A stretch of 63,998 nt of DNA, the filler included, from Blastocystis sp. subtype 4 (Eukaryota): the NCBI RefSeq assembly GCF_000743755.1. It is 7 parts of 7 records of this genome, joined end to end, with 100 filler letters (N's around TTAATTAATTAA, not from the genome) between each part and the next. Parts side by side here need not be neighbours in the genome. Positions count along the whole stretch, not along the records: positions 1 to 6,922 come from NW_014569140.1; positions 7,023 to 16,899 come from NW_014569139.1; 5 more parts are not named here. One strand, written 5' to 3'. Of the stretch, positions 1-16,999 are shown in pieces. A model generated the notes under the pieces. The model saw nothing but the letters and a program-made list of their open reading frames with translations. It ran no database searches and had not been told where the DNA came from. Each line of letters begins with the position of its first letter. Positions within the stretch are counted from its first letter, which is position 1. Made by a program: the position numbers and the translations under genes.

Positions 1-1082
1 TAGTGTAATACTTGTATCGCTTATAGAACTGAATGTTGTATTTCTTATCCTTCTCTTCTCGTTTGAATCGTGAGAATCGATCACTCCTTGATGAATATGT
101 TTCCCTGTATTTGTGATATCTACAACAATCATTCGATTGTTCTTTGCATGAGCAATAGCGATGTTATCAATGGCCATCCTTCCTATCACTGCTTCAGGAA
201 TTGTATTGAACTTAGNATATCCTATTCTTGATTCCACAATTCATTCCAAACAGCACTTCCTACGATACGAGGAATTGTGACAGGAATTCGATGATAGGAT
301 TTCTGAAAAGATTCAATATCTGTAAAGGAGAGAGAAATGTTCTGAAGAGGTACTTCATAGACTCTGGAAGCAAATAGAATCTATTCACAAATCATCCCCA
401 TTAGAGTACTGGAATGTTCGTTTTCTTGTGAAGCATATCCATTTGATCAATAGCAGAGAAGATCAAAGGATCCATCAGAATATCACTGTTCATATATCCA
501 TAGAGTTCTTCGGATTCATATTGGATATACAGACGATATGTTCGGATTCTCTCAATCCATCTTGAACTTCAAAATATGATTCAAGTAACAGGAGATATTA
601 TTCACTTGGAAGTATCATTTTGGGATTCAAGTTCAAATGGGAGGATTATTGGCTGATTTCTATAAGACAGCTCAAATGATGACAATGAATCTATTCAGCT
701 TTAAATACAATCATGTAAAAAGGGAACAACAATTCAAACACACAGTAATCTATTAGTCCACTGATTCTACATATGCTGAGAATTATATTCGACAGATACT
801 AGGATCGAATTATGAAACTAGAGTTACAAAGGCATAAAAGGGATCACACTCTTGGAATCTTGGTAATACTGAATTGTGAAGAATGTTCTTGATGTCAATT
901 AGTACAGATCTCATTTGTTTATTAGAGATTGATTCAATGATAAAGGATTGGATTCTTGTTGATCCAGTAACAGTACAAGAATAGAGGTTGTTACTAGGAT
1001 GATCTAAAATACACATAATAATCACTAGATGAGAGCATAACTAGTGATATACACCATGATATTACAGGGAATAAGGTGTCAT
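1..1082 (-). CDS. Intron-containing hypothetical protein, possibly GT-A-like sugar transferase; ends uncertain
   Basis: Manual splicing of ~30-nt GT-AG introns gives ...ELYGYMNSDILMDP...IPEAVIGRMAIDNIAIAHAK...VVDITNT. The YGYxNxDIL / IPxxVIGRxxxDN pattern resembles an uncharacterised GT-like family. Includes ORF 810..1025. Confidence 0.4.
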
Positions 1083-1127
1083 GAGTTCTGATGATAGTCA
1101 AATGATGGATCATACCATTCACAAGCC

Positions 1128-1880
1128 TTATGATAGCAACTTGAATAGAATGCTGGATCTACTCCACTTCTGCATCAACCATTTTGCCTTTGAATACTTC
1201 AGAGGAACATTCATCAAATTGTAGAATACTCCTTTTCTCTCACCAGTCTCCCATTCAAGTGGTATTCCCTGTGTTGAATTGCCAAAGAAGAACACAGTCG
1301 TCTTATTTGTCACAGTTTCTTTCAGACCATATTTGTGATTCACAACAACCTCACTAGCAGTCACCAATTCCTTTATCTTATTCACAGTATCAATTGATCT
1401 GTTATGACATTCATTCATCAAACACATTTACCTGCATCTTCATTGAAAATGCCAACAAGTCCTTCAATTGTTGTTTTGGCTGTTTCACTATGATCATACC
1501 ATCTTGAAATAATGTCAAACAACACATCCTTTCCAAATCCTTGAATAGATACAATACAAGGACACAACTCAATACGAGTTCCTGCCTTTGCAGCAAGAAA
1601 TACCAATGATGATCTTCAATGGTTGAATCCACTTCAAACACTGTTCTTGTGAATATGAACTATCAGGACCCAATGCTACTTCTCCTAATCTGAATGTGTT
1701 CACAAACTCTTCAGAATCCTTTCCAATCTCTTTTGTACTCTCCATTCATGATATCAGGTCGAATATCCAAGAAGAGATTATAGTACTTATCACCACTTGG
1801 TTCAGTATGCAACCACTTCCTTGGTTTTATGATATCATCTTTTCTAGAAGCGAATTGAATGCTCTTGAACAGATACAATG
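1128..1880 (-). pseudogene. Degraded SF3 helicase / primase-helicase C-terminal domain (D5/DUF5906/NrS-1-like), virus- or transposon-derived
   Basis: Fragments in different frames: FVNTFRLG...WIQPL; Walker A SIQGFGKD; TTIEGLVGIFN; Walker B CLMNE; NKIKELVT...VVNHKYG...NKTTVFFFGN...ETGERK. Frameshifts near 1610 and 1425, and no introns that restore the frame. Confidence 0.7.
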
Positions 1881-2411
1881 ACTATTTCATGATTCTAGTA
1901 GATAAAATGGTTAATTAATCCACCAAGTATGTTTCATAATGATGATTTGTTGCTGAACCTGTGATCAGATGAGTGGATACGAGTTATCATTCAATAATCC
2001 AGAAATGAATCTGATGAAGAACGAGTTTGGAAGAAAAACAAAGATATGTTGAGCCAGAATACATTGTAAGTGTTTGTACAAGAGAATGAGTATAATATTG
2101 ATTGTTCTCAATAAGACTATCCGTTGTATAACATGTATTAACAATGAGATAACCTTTCACTATCTTATCATATCCTATTCATGTTTCTTACAAGCTTCAT
2201 TCATTATCATCAATCAACAGGAGAAGATAAAAGAGCGGAAGACAATTGAAGAAGGAAATATTCTTCATTCATGAGCGATGATCGAATCCTGTTAATGTAT
2301 TCGTACTGAAATGTGTTTTGAATGTGATGTTTTGGATCATGAATGTTGTATTAGAAAATAGAACTGTTAATCAAAGTAGTCTCAATACAATTATCAATAA
2401 TCATAGAATCT

Positions 2412-3116
2412 TCATTGATTTCGCTTCAACAGCCTGTAAATGCCATAGCCTACAGCTCCACCAACTGCAACTGGAGCAGCAACAGCAGCAGTAGCCGCCA
2501 AATAACTGCCTCCAACTGCATTCATGAAAAGAGCTCCAGCACTTTGAGCAGCAGATACTAAGCCAGTTCCTAGACCAGATGTCCATGCAGCACTCATAGC
2601 AGAAGCAGCTACAGAACCACCAATAATTCCAGGAGAACCGAAACCAAGCAAAGCAGCTGCAGCACCTATTGCACCAGTAGCGGCAGCAGTAGCCACTCCA
2701 GCTCCAACACCAGCAGCTACTCCAGCAGCCTTCTTAGAAGAAGAAGGAAACTCTTCTTTCACTCGTATTCCATTCTTATACTCTCCTTGACAAATCACAG
2801 AACCATTCTTATCATACTCAGAGAACGGCCCATCTAAAACATCATCCTTCAATGTACATTCCAAGACATGACCATTATCATCAAAACAAGCACATTGTCC
2901 ATTCAACTTATCATTTTGATAAGTCAAAATGCAAACAGGCTTATCTTTATTCATGGACTTCATTTCAGCCTTTCCCTCTTTCTTTCCATCAACACATGCC
3001 ACAGTAAGGTAATAGAATTCGTCATTCTTCTTATACATATCTCCTTTCTTATTAGAAGCAATGTATTCAAATCCATGAAGTGGATGATCTGGATTGAGTG
3101 AAGGATCTGAGCTCAT
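2412..3116 (-). CDS. MORN-variant (YwqK-like) repeat protein fused to an IFI6/IFI27 (ISG12)-like hydrophobic domain
   Basis: Intronless ORF. N-half has DGKKEGKAE / YQNDKLNGQC / LKDDVLDGPFSEYDKNG / GEYKNG repeats. C-half LGFGSPGIIGGSVAASAMSAA...LVSAAQSAGA matches the ISG12 motif. Confidence 0.75.
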   Translation of the reverse strand: MSSDPSLNPDHPLHGFEYIASNKKGDMYKKNDEFYYLTVACVDGKKEGKAEMKSMNKDKPVCILTYQNDKLNGQCACFDDNGHVLECTLKDDVLDGPFSEYDKNGSVICQGEYKNGIRVKEEFPSSSKKAAGVAAGVGAGVATAAATGAIGAAAALLGFGSPGIIGGSVAASAMSAAWTSGLGTGLVSAAQSAGALFMNAVGGSYLAATAAVAAPVAVGGAVGYGIYRLLKRNQ

Positions 3117-5819
3117 AATTGTTGGTAACAATATAATATTATTAGTATTGAATGATTTCATTACATGCTGAACTCCTTATCAAATTATCTTGTATTTCGG
3201 GTATTCCAGTAATTGAGTCATATTATTGCAATTTCAGAAAAGAAAATCGAATAGAATCAAATCCAAGTGCAATTCAATCCAATTTGGCTGTCTAGTACTC
3301 TTACAGATGAATGGAATACTACAAACAATGAAATTGTTTTGCCAGTTAGAAGAAAAGGTGAGTTACAAGAATGCTGTAAAGGTTATGAGATATCTTTACT
3401 GTAAGAACACTAATAGTAAGTGAAGAAAGAAGAATCCATTGAGAAGGCTATGCTTGGAAGAGCTTTCTATTTCATTGGTACATAAGGTGATAGTAAGAAT
3501 GTTCTATTTAATACTATAGAGTATGCTACCTTTCAATAAACACACTATTCTACAAACAAGAAGAGCATTTTGGTTTGATGGCGTCATCCATACTGAGAAG
3601 CTTCTTGTCACTGCGACGAATCAACACGAAAAGGGAATCATGATTTTGAACCAAGAATCAAGGAGCATGTTACATACGAAAACATCAGTGTTTGGAAAAT
3701 GTATATGGATGCATTTAGTATCCACAACTATTCACAACTTGTCATCATCTCTCACAAGACACAAGAATTGCCAATTGATTATCAGAGTGGTGACCATCAA
3801 TTTGTACTATTCAATACTACCAATCTATTCAGTAGTGTTAATAGCAAGAACGAAATCGATTTACACTTCTTAAGTGCTATCGAATTGGAGTCGTATCCTG
3901 ATCATATGTACAGAAAGATGATGTCGATTGATATCAGAGGACGAATCGGTATGTCTCACCGAATACGTGATCATTGAAGAAGAATTGAGAGATGAATGAT
4001 ACATCTGTGGATTGTATCATGGAAAATGAGTTGAAGAGATTATCCGAATGGATGAGAATGTGGTCAAAGTACGATTCGAATTCCAAATTCAGAATTGTTC
4101 AAGATGTAATAAGACTATTGTATTGATAATATGATTGATAAACCTGATTCCAGGAAACACTTCAAGTGGAACTGGAAGACAACATCAAGCCTTGGCATGA
4201 ATGAATGGAATAAATACATATCAGAATACTTGTTTGGACTTAATCTTGGTATATTCCTGAAGTATAATGATTCACCGAATGAAGAATACGAGAATGATTC
4301 AACTGAACACAATTATACCTCCGTTCTTTAATGCAGTCGGTGTAACTAATAAGCACGGTAGTGAAATAGAGAATCAGGAGTGAAAGGATTCAAAAACAGT
4401 GAAATGGAGAATTCTGTTATTCTTCACTCATTGTATACAACATTCAGATCATCCTCATTCATCATTATTGTAAACTCGTTGAGTAATCTTCAGATACTGT
4501 GATTTGGCCATTCGTTATCAGTATCTCGATGAAATATTGGTTTCAGATGGAGATGGGAAGTATAAGTGCTTTTTAGTTGAGATGGATCACACTAGATGGA
4601 ATCAACATCGCTCTTGTAATGATTCTATTTTCACGACTTCTCTCCAGAAACTGGAACAGTTCAACAAGAGCCAATGAAGGTGAAGGACAAGCGAATCAAT
4701 GTGACAACTGGGACATTTGGAATCAAACTGATCATACTCCAGAGTTGGGAATAATCATTCTTACAATATATCTCTGGAATTCAATGTGATGAAGTGAGTG
4801 CATTATGTCACTATGTCTATTGACAAATCTCTTCTTCTTATTTAATTCTACTCCAATATTAGGTGTCCATTATCTCATTTGCTTGTTTGTAACTATGTGT
4901 TGTCACTTACCCACTTCGATTGTAGCAACACAGATAATATGAATCATTCACAGAGTTCAGTACATCATTGGGATATGGGCAAGAATCATTTGTGACAGTA
5001 ATATCCATCTCCCGGTTCTAAGTGAAACACAACTGACTCACCTCCTTATCATCACTCTCGTTAGAGTTCCATTAGTAAGTAGAATTGGTAGTACAATACT
5101 TGAGAGGATAGACGACAATCTATTGCACAACACTAAACTCACTCCTATCATAAGAATTGGTGGTAATATTATTAGTATAGTAACTTATTGGTTCGTAGGA
5201 ACCGCCACTTAACAACATATCACGGTTCTCACACATTAATTGATTCATAATAATTATATCTAGTTGATCACTATACAACTAGTCTTCTTTCTATTGGGTA
5301 GTCAACTTACGTTCCATTTGACTGGTTTCTAAATAGGACAGTAGCTATAATATAGTGGTGTAGATAGCCATTTCTCTCAGTTCTTTAAGTAGCTACTCTT
5401 TTGTCGTAAGTTTGTGGAGGAGGAACACTGTTACTATAATATCACTATTAATTATGGAATAACGTGCTTTGTATCGCCTATTCAGTCCCTAGTATCCATT
5501 TCATAGTTATGTTGATCGATTGTTTACAATTCATATCGCTTTATATCAATTGAATTGTTCATAATGTTCACTCATTCTGCTTGAACAGTTCTGGGATGAT
5601 ATGCCTAGTGACAAAAACGGTAGTTCTAATCAATAGAATGAACATATTCTGTCGATTGAACTCAGGGATTTGTTTCAAATAGTTGTGCTTATTCTTCTGT
5701 TACTATTCGTGTATTATGAAGGCTGATCACTGTTACATAATCATCAAACCACTCATAACTGGCATCTAATTCTATTAGAATTCTATCGTTTATGTTTGGT
5801 AAGGTGTTTACTTTTCTAA

Positions 5820-6922
5820 ATGATACTCGTTTTGTTATTTTCAATTCTTTGTTTGACTATGTTTTCTTTACTAACGTATAGTGTCAGTTACTGTTGCTAT
5901 TACTTGCACTAATTCTGAAGTGTATGTCAAGTTCACAAAGAAGACGCTATCTTCAGCAAGTCAAGAATCATTCAAGATTCTTTCTGGATCTGAGACCCTA
6001 TACACTTCTCCTTCATTAACAAACAATCAGGAACGAGTTCTGGAAGTCTGTCTTCCACAGACCACCACCAACCAATTCACTCTTGGAATGTATGATACTA
6101 CCTCCTATTGGTCAAGTGGTGCTTGGCTGATGATTGAAGGAATCAATGGAAATCGTGTGTTCAAGGGAATGATGACTACAAGTCGTACTCAGGAGCAGCC
6201 TTTGTCTCTATATTCTCCTATCAACAAGGATGATACTTGGAAATACACTGGGAATGCTTCAGGCAACTGGAAGGATGTGAGTTATTTGGAAATAGATTGG
6301 AGTGATGTTGTGACAGGAACTACGACATTATCAGTATCTGGAACTCAATACTTCCGTAAGTCGTTTGCTGGCTTGAGTGGAATGGCAGCTATTGAACTTC
6401 AAATGTATTATCGTTATGGAATTGTTGCTTATATCAATGGAAATGAAGTGTATCGTGATAACATGGCTGATGGAGAACCAACAATCTCCACTCTTGCTAC
6501 TGGAAGTTACATGGTTTATGATTATCATGGAGTGATTCGTCCTTCCACTGTTGCTGAGAGTTCTTCAAGTATGTTGGCTGTTGAAGTCCATTTTGAGAGT
6601 ACTGGCTATTCTGAGGTAATTCAGTTCAATGGGTTCCTCGCTTTCTATGCTGGTATCGATACCTCAAATCTCTGTTTCGTTGTTCCAAATGATGTAACAG
6701 CAACTGGTACTAGTTTTACGAATCCTGCGAATGCTTTCTCCTGGACATATGGCACTTCATCATCCTTCTCAAGTACCATTTCTGGAACTCTGACTGCTGA
6801 GTATCAGGGTATTTCTCTTCCAGTGGTGAATTCTGTTCGTATCTGGCCTTATACTAGTACTACTACTCATGTTGTTCACTTTCTGGTTGAAGGAGCTGCT
6901 TCTTCATTGGGTCCTTGGACTA
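5820..6922 (+). CDS. Secreted/surface protein of an expanded family with a beta-sandwich sugar-binding-like domain (5' part, truncated by contig end)
   Basis: ATG at 5820 plus a 31-nt intron (5851..5881) gives the signal peptide MILVLLFSILLSVTVA. Motif YFRKSF...YRYGIVAYINGNEVYRDNM. Confidence 0.7.
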
Positions 6923-7022
6923 NNNNNNNNNNNNNNNNNNNNNNNNNNNNNNNNNNNNNNNNNNNNTTAATTAATTAANNNNNNNNNNNNNNNNNNNNNN
7001 NNNNNNNNNNNNNNNNNNNNNN
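6923..7022. other. Artificial contig linker
   Basis: 100 nt of N44-TTAATTAATTAA-N44, giving stops in all six frames. Confidence 0.97.
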
Positions 7023-7492
7023 ATGGAGAGATGTGACTGAAGACCTGAGTCCAATCTACGAATAAGAGATGAAATACCGATCGAAACCTTCATTGTAAAG
7101 TACAGCAGTATTATTCATTGCTAGTAAAATTCAACTTGCTAGACTCACACTAGTTACTGAGATAATCGATTCTCCAAAAAGAGGGAAACGGGGAAACATA
7201 TAATAGTTCATTTACGAAATCATCCATTGATGCTTCATTGTTGTAGGATGTGCGACTGGTATCATAACACCAACAAATGAAATACGAAACAGACTAGGTG
7301 CTTGCAATTTGTTGTTTGTTGCTACTAGTTTATTTTTCGTCTTATTTTATCATTCGAAACAATATATAACGCTTTGGTAGAAATGCCTATTCCTTCTTTA
7401 CTCGATTCATTCACAGTTGAAACGAAAACAAATAGCAGGTCTCACTGTGAATATTCCTGAGAAGATAAAATAGAAATACTTAGATCTTGATC

Positions 7493-9264
7493 ATGGAAGT
7501 CCTAGATAACTACAGTGATGAACTAGTACAGATTCAGGAAGTTATTGAGGAGTCATTCAAGAACTTATGTAAACTCTGGGACCAAATCGGTGTATTCCCA
7601 GATAACAAGCGTAGCGAGTTGAAATCCCAAATTGTGAGTGGTTCTGTAGATGCTGTGATCCGATATTTGAATTCGATTTATGATAGCGAACTAGAAGTAA
7701 GTGGATGTAAGTGATTCTTATCCCTAGAGCAAGAATGAGATGGAAAAAAGTATTAAGACGAAAGAGAAAGCAGTTGGAGAGTTGTGTAACAAACTTGGAT
7801 TCCGTGAGGATTTGGTATATAATATCTATCAACCTGTGATAATGTAGATTTGGAATGATGAGAATGGTGTTGATAAACGTGAATCCAAGACACTTAGTCA
7901 GATTCTTGCAATTGTTACTGATACTAAGGAAAAATTGGCAGATGTACTATTTTGATGCAGACTTGATGTATTAGAAGTATGTCCAACGAAGTATTGATAT
8001 TCGAGAGAAACTAAATGTTTTACGCAGTATTTATGATCAATTGGGAGAGCCAGTTGAAGAGGTATTCTCAAATCCTGATGATTTCTTGTTGGAGAAGAAC
8101 ATGCTTTGTCTCGAGGACCGAGTGAGAGTGGTTGAAGAATTACGAGTAATATTTTGAGAGGCAGAATGATACGCAGGTCAATCGAATTGAGAAGACAAAA
8201 GAGTTACGACAACAAATGAAGCAATTCTATGATACTCTGGGAATTACTGTGGAGAATGCTGAGAATGAGGTCGACAAGATTGTTCTATCAGCAGAAGATG
8301 TCTCTCATGTATGAATGATTGATGCTTAGTCGTTACCTATCACAACAGTTATGGTGAATAAACTGAAGGATCGAGCTGAAGAACTGCATCAGCTAATTGT
8401 AGAACATGTGAATGGATATGATTCGTAGCAAGACAGACAACAAACAATTATTCAGTATATGGTAGAAATTCAAGGATTATGGAAACTGTTGCAGACACCT
8501 CAAGAAGACATTGATGCATTCCTTGCAAACTATACTGCTTCAGTCTCGAATGATGCAATAGCATATGTAGGAATCGAGAAGAGGTTATGATTCTAGTATC
8601 AACAGTACATCTTATCCTTGCATGAAGAAGTGAGTTCGAAGCTACGTGTATTGATTCCAAATCTGCGTACTGAGATCCAGAGTATGGGAGAGGAGCAGAT
8701 TTGACGTAGATGTGATTGAGTTCGTTCGCTACTACAGTAGTCTTCTGGACACATGGGATTTGTCATTATTGAGTATTCCTGAGGGTGAGAATGTGGAAAT
8801 GGAGTGATGGAAAGATCAATTCTCTATGGATGTGTTGGATCAGCACAATCAATTGTATGAGCGAGTACTTGAAGCGAAAGAAGAGTTGGATCCGATTGTG
8901 AATCTGATTAATCGTCGGGAGAATCTGCTTCAGTTGAAGGAGGAATTGGATGTGTTGTTGAAAGACCCAAGACGATACACAGATAAACGAAACAGCAACA
9001 AATAGTGATTGTTAAGAGTGGAGGTGATGAATAGTCTGAGGAGGCAAATGCAGTTGGAGAAGGAAGTAAAAGAACTACCGAAAGTGATTCGAGAGTTGAT
9101 TNNNNNNNNNCAGAGAAAGGATCGATCTACATCAATGGCGATCATTTCCTCGATATCTTGAAACAAGAGGATGATGCATTACGTCCTCGGAGTGTACGAA
9201 TATGAAAGCATTTTAAGTATAGACTGTGTCTTCAGTGTATTCAAGACAGTCAACAAGACGGTAG
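7493..9264 (+). CDS. Microtubule-bundling protein MAP65/Ase1/PRC1 (multi-exon)
   Basis: LCKLWDQIG, coiled-coil exons, LLKDPRRY...KEVKELPKV...IYINGDHFLDIL. About 30-nt introns. Confidence 0.7.
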
Positions 9265-9515
9265 AATTGGAGTTGTCTGTGAAATGTGTACAATATGGTT
9301 ATGTAGTTTTCAATATTTGTTTGAGAATAATTCTCCTTCTTAAGGAAGAATCAATTGAGATGGAAATGTCCCAATTAAGAGACTTCATAATGATGAAATA
9401 GAGAATAAAGGGTCCTTAAAAGTGTCTATGACCCATTTTATAATTAGGGCCCCCAGTTGAAACCATGATTTCTTCTTCCAGTTGTGTTTGCCACAGACAT
9501 CGATTTTAGTCAAGC

Positions 9516-10011
9516 ATGCCTTTCAAGCGTAGGTAAGTAGTTGCTCCATGAATTGGTGTATTTGGAGAGTTTGTTTCTGAAGAGTTGACGATTAACCCAA
9601 GCATAGAAACCATGGACGTTCAAAGAAGGGAAGAGGTCATGTGAACCCCGTGAGATGCACTCACTGCTTCCGTTGTGTTGGAAAGGTGGGTAATGGTGCT
9701 TTTGTGTAATGGATCTAGGATAAGGCCATCAAGCGTTTCCAAGTGAGAAACATGGTGGATGCCTCTTCTCAGAGAGATATTCGTGACGCTTCGGTTTATG
9801 AGCGTAGCTTTTGGTGATGGAAAGAATGATGGATTAGAGTACACTCTCCCCAAGTTGTACATCAAGCAACAATACTGTGTGTCTTGTGCTGTCCACGGTC
9901 GTGTGGTTCGTGCCCGTAAGGTGGCTGATAGACGCATTCGTGAGTTTGTTCGTCCTCAATTCAAGGCTGTAAGATGTGAGTAAGAGATATAAGAAATAGG
10001 AGCGTTCTTAA
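9516..10011 (+). CDS. RPS26: 40S ribosomal protein S26 (eS26)
   Basis: [18 protein letters not shown]...KDKAIKRF...[22 protein letters not shown]; four introns. Confidence 0.95.
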
Positions 10012-10170
10012 GGACTGAGTTGAGTATGGGAGTGGCAAATTGGATTGTTTGTTGATGAATCAACTATTGGATGATGAAATAAGATAGAAGGAATAGACCC
10101 GCGCTTTCTCAGTCTTGTATCAAAGTGAGTCACTTTCGACGAAGTGAATATCTACACAAATAGACTCAAG

Positions 10171-14437
<4,267 letters not shown>

Positions 14438-14488
14438 AATGTGTATTACAAACAGAATGAGAATTGCGTTCCTTCAAAACTAAATGAT

Positions 14489-15311
<823 letters not shown>

Positions 15312-15499
15312 GGAAAAAGAGAAAGAAAATGGAGAAACAAAAGTAGTGGTGGTGAGGGACAATAGGTTTCTATGGATCACTGAACCTTTCTTCAAATTGA
15401 ATTCGCTATTTCGCATATGCAAATAAGAGAAAACTGAATCAATCACCTCCATTGTCTCTCAGTATGTTCTAAACGGCCCAAAGAGTTCATTCAAAAGAA

Positions 15500-16561
15500 A
15501 TGAGAGAGAACAAAGAAATGTTCTTTCTTTTCTTGTTTTGTGTGATTTCTAGTATATGGTGTGTATCTGGATATCAAGAGAATGGAAATTGGCAAGAAAG
15601 TGAATCTACTCTGATTCGTTCTCTTTCTTTCCAGACAATGGATTCAATAGATGTTATAAGAAAGAATGAAAATGGAAAGTGGATAAGGAGTGAGTTTTCA
15701 TTAGTTCAGTCTTCTGGTGCTCCAACGAATCTATCTTATCCTGATGGTGTTATTTATCGAACAGGAAGTGTAATATCGTTAGTTCCAACTTATTCAGGAA
15801 GTGTCAGTTGGTGGAGTATTTCTCCTTCACTTCCTTCTTTTCTGACATGGGACAGTCAAACTGGAACAATATCAGGAAGATTGGAAGAGTCGTTTGAAAC
15901 TGTTTTTACGATCACAGCTGGAAATGAGAATGGAAGTGTCTCTTATGTACTAGTTCTGAGTGTATTGAATAGTGGATGTCTAGCAGATGGAGAATGGCCA
16001 GTAACGAACTCTCTACAGACTGTTTATCTTCCTTGTTCTGATGAGTTTGAGTATGTTGGGAATCAATCTCGGACATGTGTGGGTTATGCAATACCCACCT
16101 GGGGTCCAATCACACGCAACTGTGAACTGGGTCCTCCTTATGCCTTGAGATATCCATATCGTGATTACAATGTATTCACAGGAATTGAAGTAACGAATTT
16201 GATTCCAAGTCATCGAGGGAAAGGGATCGAGTATTCAGTCTCTCCTTCTCTTCCTGAAGGTTTGATTTTGGATTCATCCACAGGAGAGATTCATGGAACA
16301 GTGAAGAGTGAGGAGCCATGTACAACTGTGACTGTGACCTTGGTGAACGAAGTGGGGAACTGTACAACTTCTCTCAGAATATGTGTGATTCCATCAGATA
16401 GATCTGAATCTCCTCTATTCCCTCAACCAAGACAGAAGTTCTGGTTGTTTTTGAGTATAGGGATATTGACTGTTAGTATTATTCTCTCAATTGCTTTTCT
16501 TTGTTGTGGATGTCGGTGTAAGAAGCGAAGGATGTTGAAAGTGGAGAAGCAGAAGGATTAG
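15500..16561 (+). CDS. Type I membrane protein with putative Ig (He_PIG-like) domains and one Cys-rich module
   Basis: Signal peptide; SISPSLPSFLTWDSQTGTISG and SVSPSLPEGLILDSSTGEIHG repeats; CLADGEWPVT...C module; C-terminal TM helix and basic tail. Confidence 0.8.
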   Translation: MRENKEMFFLFLFCVISSIWCVSGYQENGNWQESESTLIRSLSFQTMDSIDVIRKNENGKWIRSEFSLVQSSGAPTNLSYPDGVIYRTGSVISLVPTYSGSVSWWSISPSLPSFLTWDSQTGTISGRLEESFETVFTITAGNENGSVSYVLVLSVLNSGCLADGEWPVTNSLQTVYLPCSDEFEYVGNQSRTCVGYAIPTWGPITRNCELGPPYALRYPYRDYNVFTGIEVTNLIPSHRGKGIEYSVSPSLPEGLILDSSTGEIHGTVKSEEPCTTVTVTLVNEVGNCTTSLRICVIPSDRSESPLFPQPRQKFWLFLSIGILTVSIILSIAFLCCGCRCKKRRMLKVEKQKD

Positions 16562-16899
16562 TTGAATCCGTTTTCTCTTTGGATTTGTATTCTAATGATT
16601 GTGTATTTGTTGATAGAGAGTGTTTTGGTTGTTATTCCTGATTCGAATCAAACCACATGAGTATTCAAAAGTCTTCTATTTGTTTCTTCAAATAAGAAGA
16701 TTGATTAATGAAGAATTGACTGAGATTGAACATCTTTCATGATTCAATTCGATTTCTGACAAATCCTAAATAGGACAGAATTTGATTCCATAAATAGATC
16801 TTCTTTCTGTCATCACGTTGGAATCTGAATTGTGAATCCTCTTCGTTCATTACGTGATTCTGATAGATGAGAAGAAATGCCGTGGATAGGTTTTGATCT

Positions 16900-16999
16900 N
16901 NNNNNNNNNNNNNNNNNNNNNNNNNNNNNNNNNNNNNNNNNNNTTAATTAATTAANNNNNNNNNNNNNNNNNNNNNNNNNNNNNNNNNNNNNNNNNNNN
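16900..16999. other. Artificial contig linker
   Basis: N-TTAATTAATTAA-N, 100 nt. Confidence 0.97.

Noticed and set aside
1398..1430. 33-nt GT...AG stretch that might repair the helicase frameshift
   Set aside because: Its length is a multiple of three, removing it deletes Walker B, and a stop follows immediately.
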